Shown: one piece after another, positions 63,039 through 64,000 of the stretch | How positions within the stretch are numbered: position 1 is the stretch's first letter | How the letters are laid out: every line of letters begins with the position of its first letter | Origin: Haliotis cracherodii | Lineage: Eukaryota | Direction: 5' to 3' | Length of the DNA stretch: 64,000 bases | Assembly: GCF_022045235.1 (NCBI RefSeq) | Contig: NW_027266297.1 | Location: 73,222,001-73,286,000, forward strand | The notes under the pieces: model-generated | What the model was told of the DNA's origin: nothing | Seen by the model: only the letters and a program-made list of their open reading frames with translations | Database searches by the model: none | Position numbers and translations under genes: made by a program

Positions 63039-63190
63039 AGTATCATCGTGGAAATACCATTACATCCTCATCATACATAGTATCATCGTGGAAATACCAT
63101 TACATCATCATCATACATAGTATCATCGTGGAAATACCATTACATCATCATCATACATAGTATCATCGTGGAAATACCATTACATCATCA
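63039..63190. repeat. 40-bp minisatellite (~3.8 copies)
   Basis: Unit AGTATCATCGTGGAAATACCATTACATCATCATCATACAT. Confidence 0.92.
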
Positions 63191-64000
63191 CACCTGTTAG
63201 AGCGTGTCGTCTACCCCTCTTGTAGTGAGTGAGTTAAAATTTTAAGTGACATTGGCAATATTTCAGCCATATCGTGACTACCCCTCTTGTAACCAACAGC
63301 ATACGTCAGTTCTTAAAAAAACAGTCAGTCTCAATTTCGATTGTTGTCAGTCCATGCTGAACCACCTTATCTGGTTTCAACTGTATACCCGGGTCACCAG
63401 AGACAGAGTCCTCTAAGGTGCCGCACTTCGCTGTGCCATAAACCTATCACAATGAGTTCGAATCCCGGTTCTCTCTGATTATGTTTCCAGGTTTGTCAGC
63501 ACCGTCCACATGCTGTGGGTTTCACCAACGTGTTAAATGTCGTAGACCTCTATCACTTCGACTTTCCTCCTGTATAAAGAAAACCAAGTTCACTTACCTA
63601 TCTATCTGTACAGCAGGTTCCTTTTGGACCTGCATGTTTATGAACTACACAATTTCTAAATGCATGTCAGAGTCTCTCATGTTTAGACTCTCATACTGTC
63701 ATCCAACACTGCAGGTAGACTATCATTGATCTTAGTTGACCCATGAGGTTATTGTTGTGTCACCCAACACAACAGATGACTTTCTGAAGGCTGAGGTGCA
63801 CACACTGTATACATGTCATCCTCTACCACGTCTCGCTCTGTTTCATAGCCTGAATACGCTATACACCCGTTAACTGCTGAGAGAGTTTACTAGTATGTAA
63901 ACAAATAAAAACACAGTGTGTATTTTCTTGGGATTGAGAAAATGTTAAATGGCATATTAAGAAATTAAGGGACAAACTTATTCAAATTAATACAAAATGA

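Overview
Repeat-rich eukaryotic (animal) genomic DNA, not prokaryotic. Spliceosomal introns, tRNA-derived SINEs with (ACTC)n/(AAAC)n tails, and Tc1/Academ/Penelope content suggest a marine mollusc, probably an abalone-like gastropod (inference). Three spliced + strand genes can be reconstructed by hand. (1) The 3' part of a probably extracellular protein joining a Sushi/CCP exon to a glycine-rich domain of the type best known from phage tail-fibre/bacterial surface proteins (exons 1695-1916, 2896-3117, 3940-4499). (2) A complete 4-exon class I SAM-dependent methyltransferase of 269 aa (11448-20038). (3) A fibrinogen-related (FReD/ficolin-like) gene (34869-40730) whose last intron consists entirely of tandem copies of the preceding exon end plus splice donor. 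The rest is mobile DNA and repeats: about 8 Tc1-like copies (one near intact), a mariner remnant, an Academ-like element with long TIRs and a locally preserved empty site, MULE, LINE and Penelope remnants, four SINE-like families, MITEs, and about 12 tandem arrays, several traceable to a local source sequence. There are two N gaps (37948-38078, 54772-54904). Most long ORFs in the track are repeat artefacts. All family assignments come from motif recognition by eye and need HMM/BLAST confirmation.
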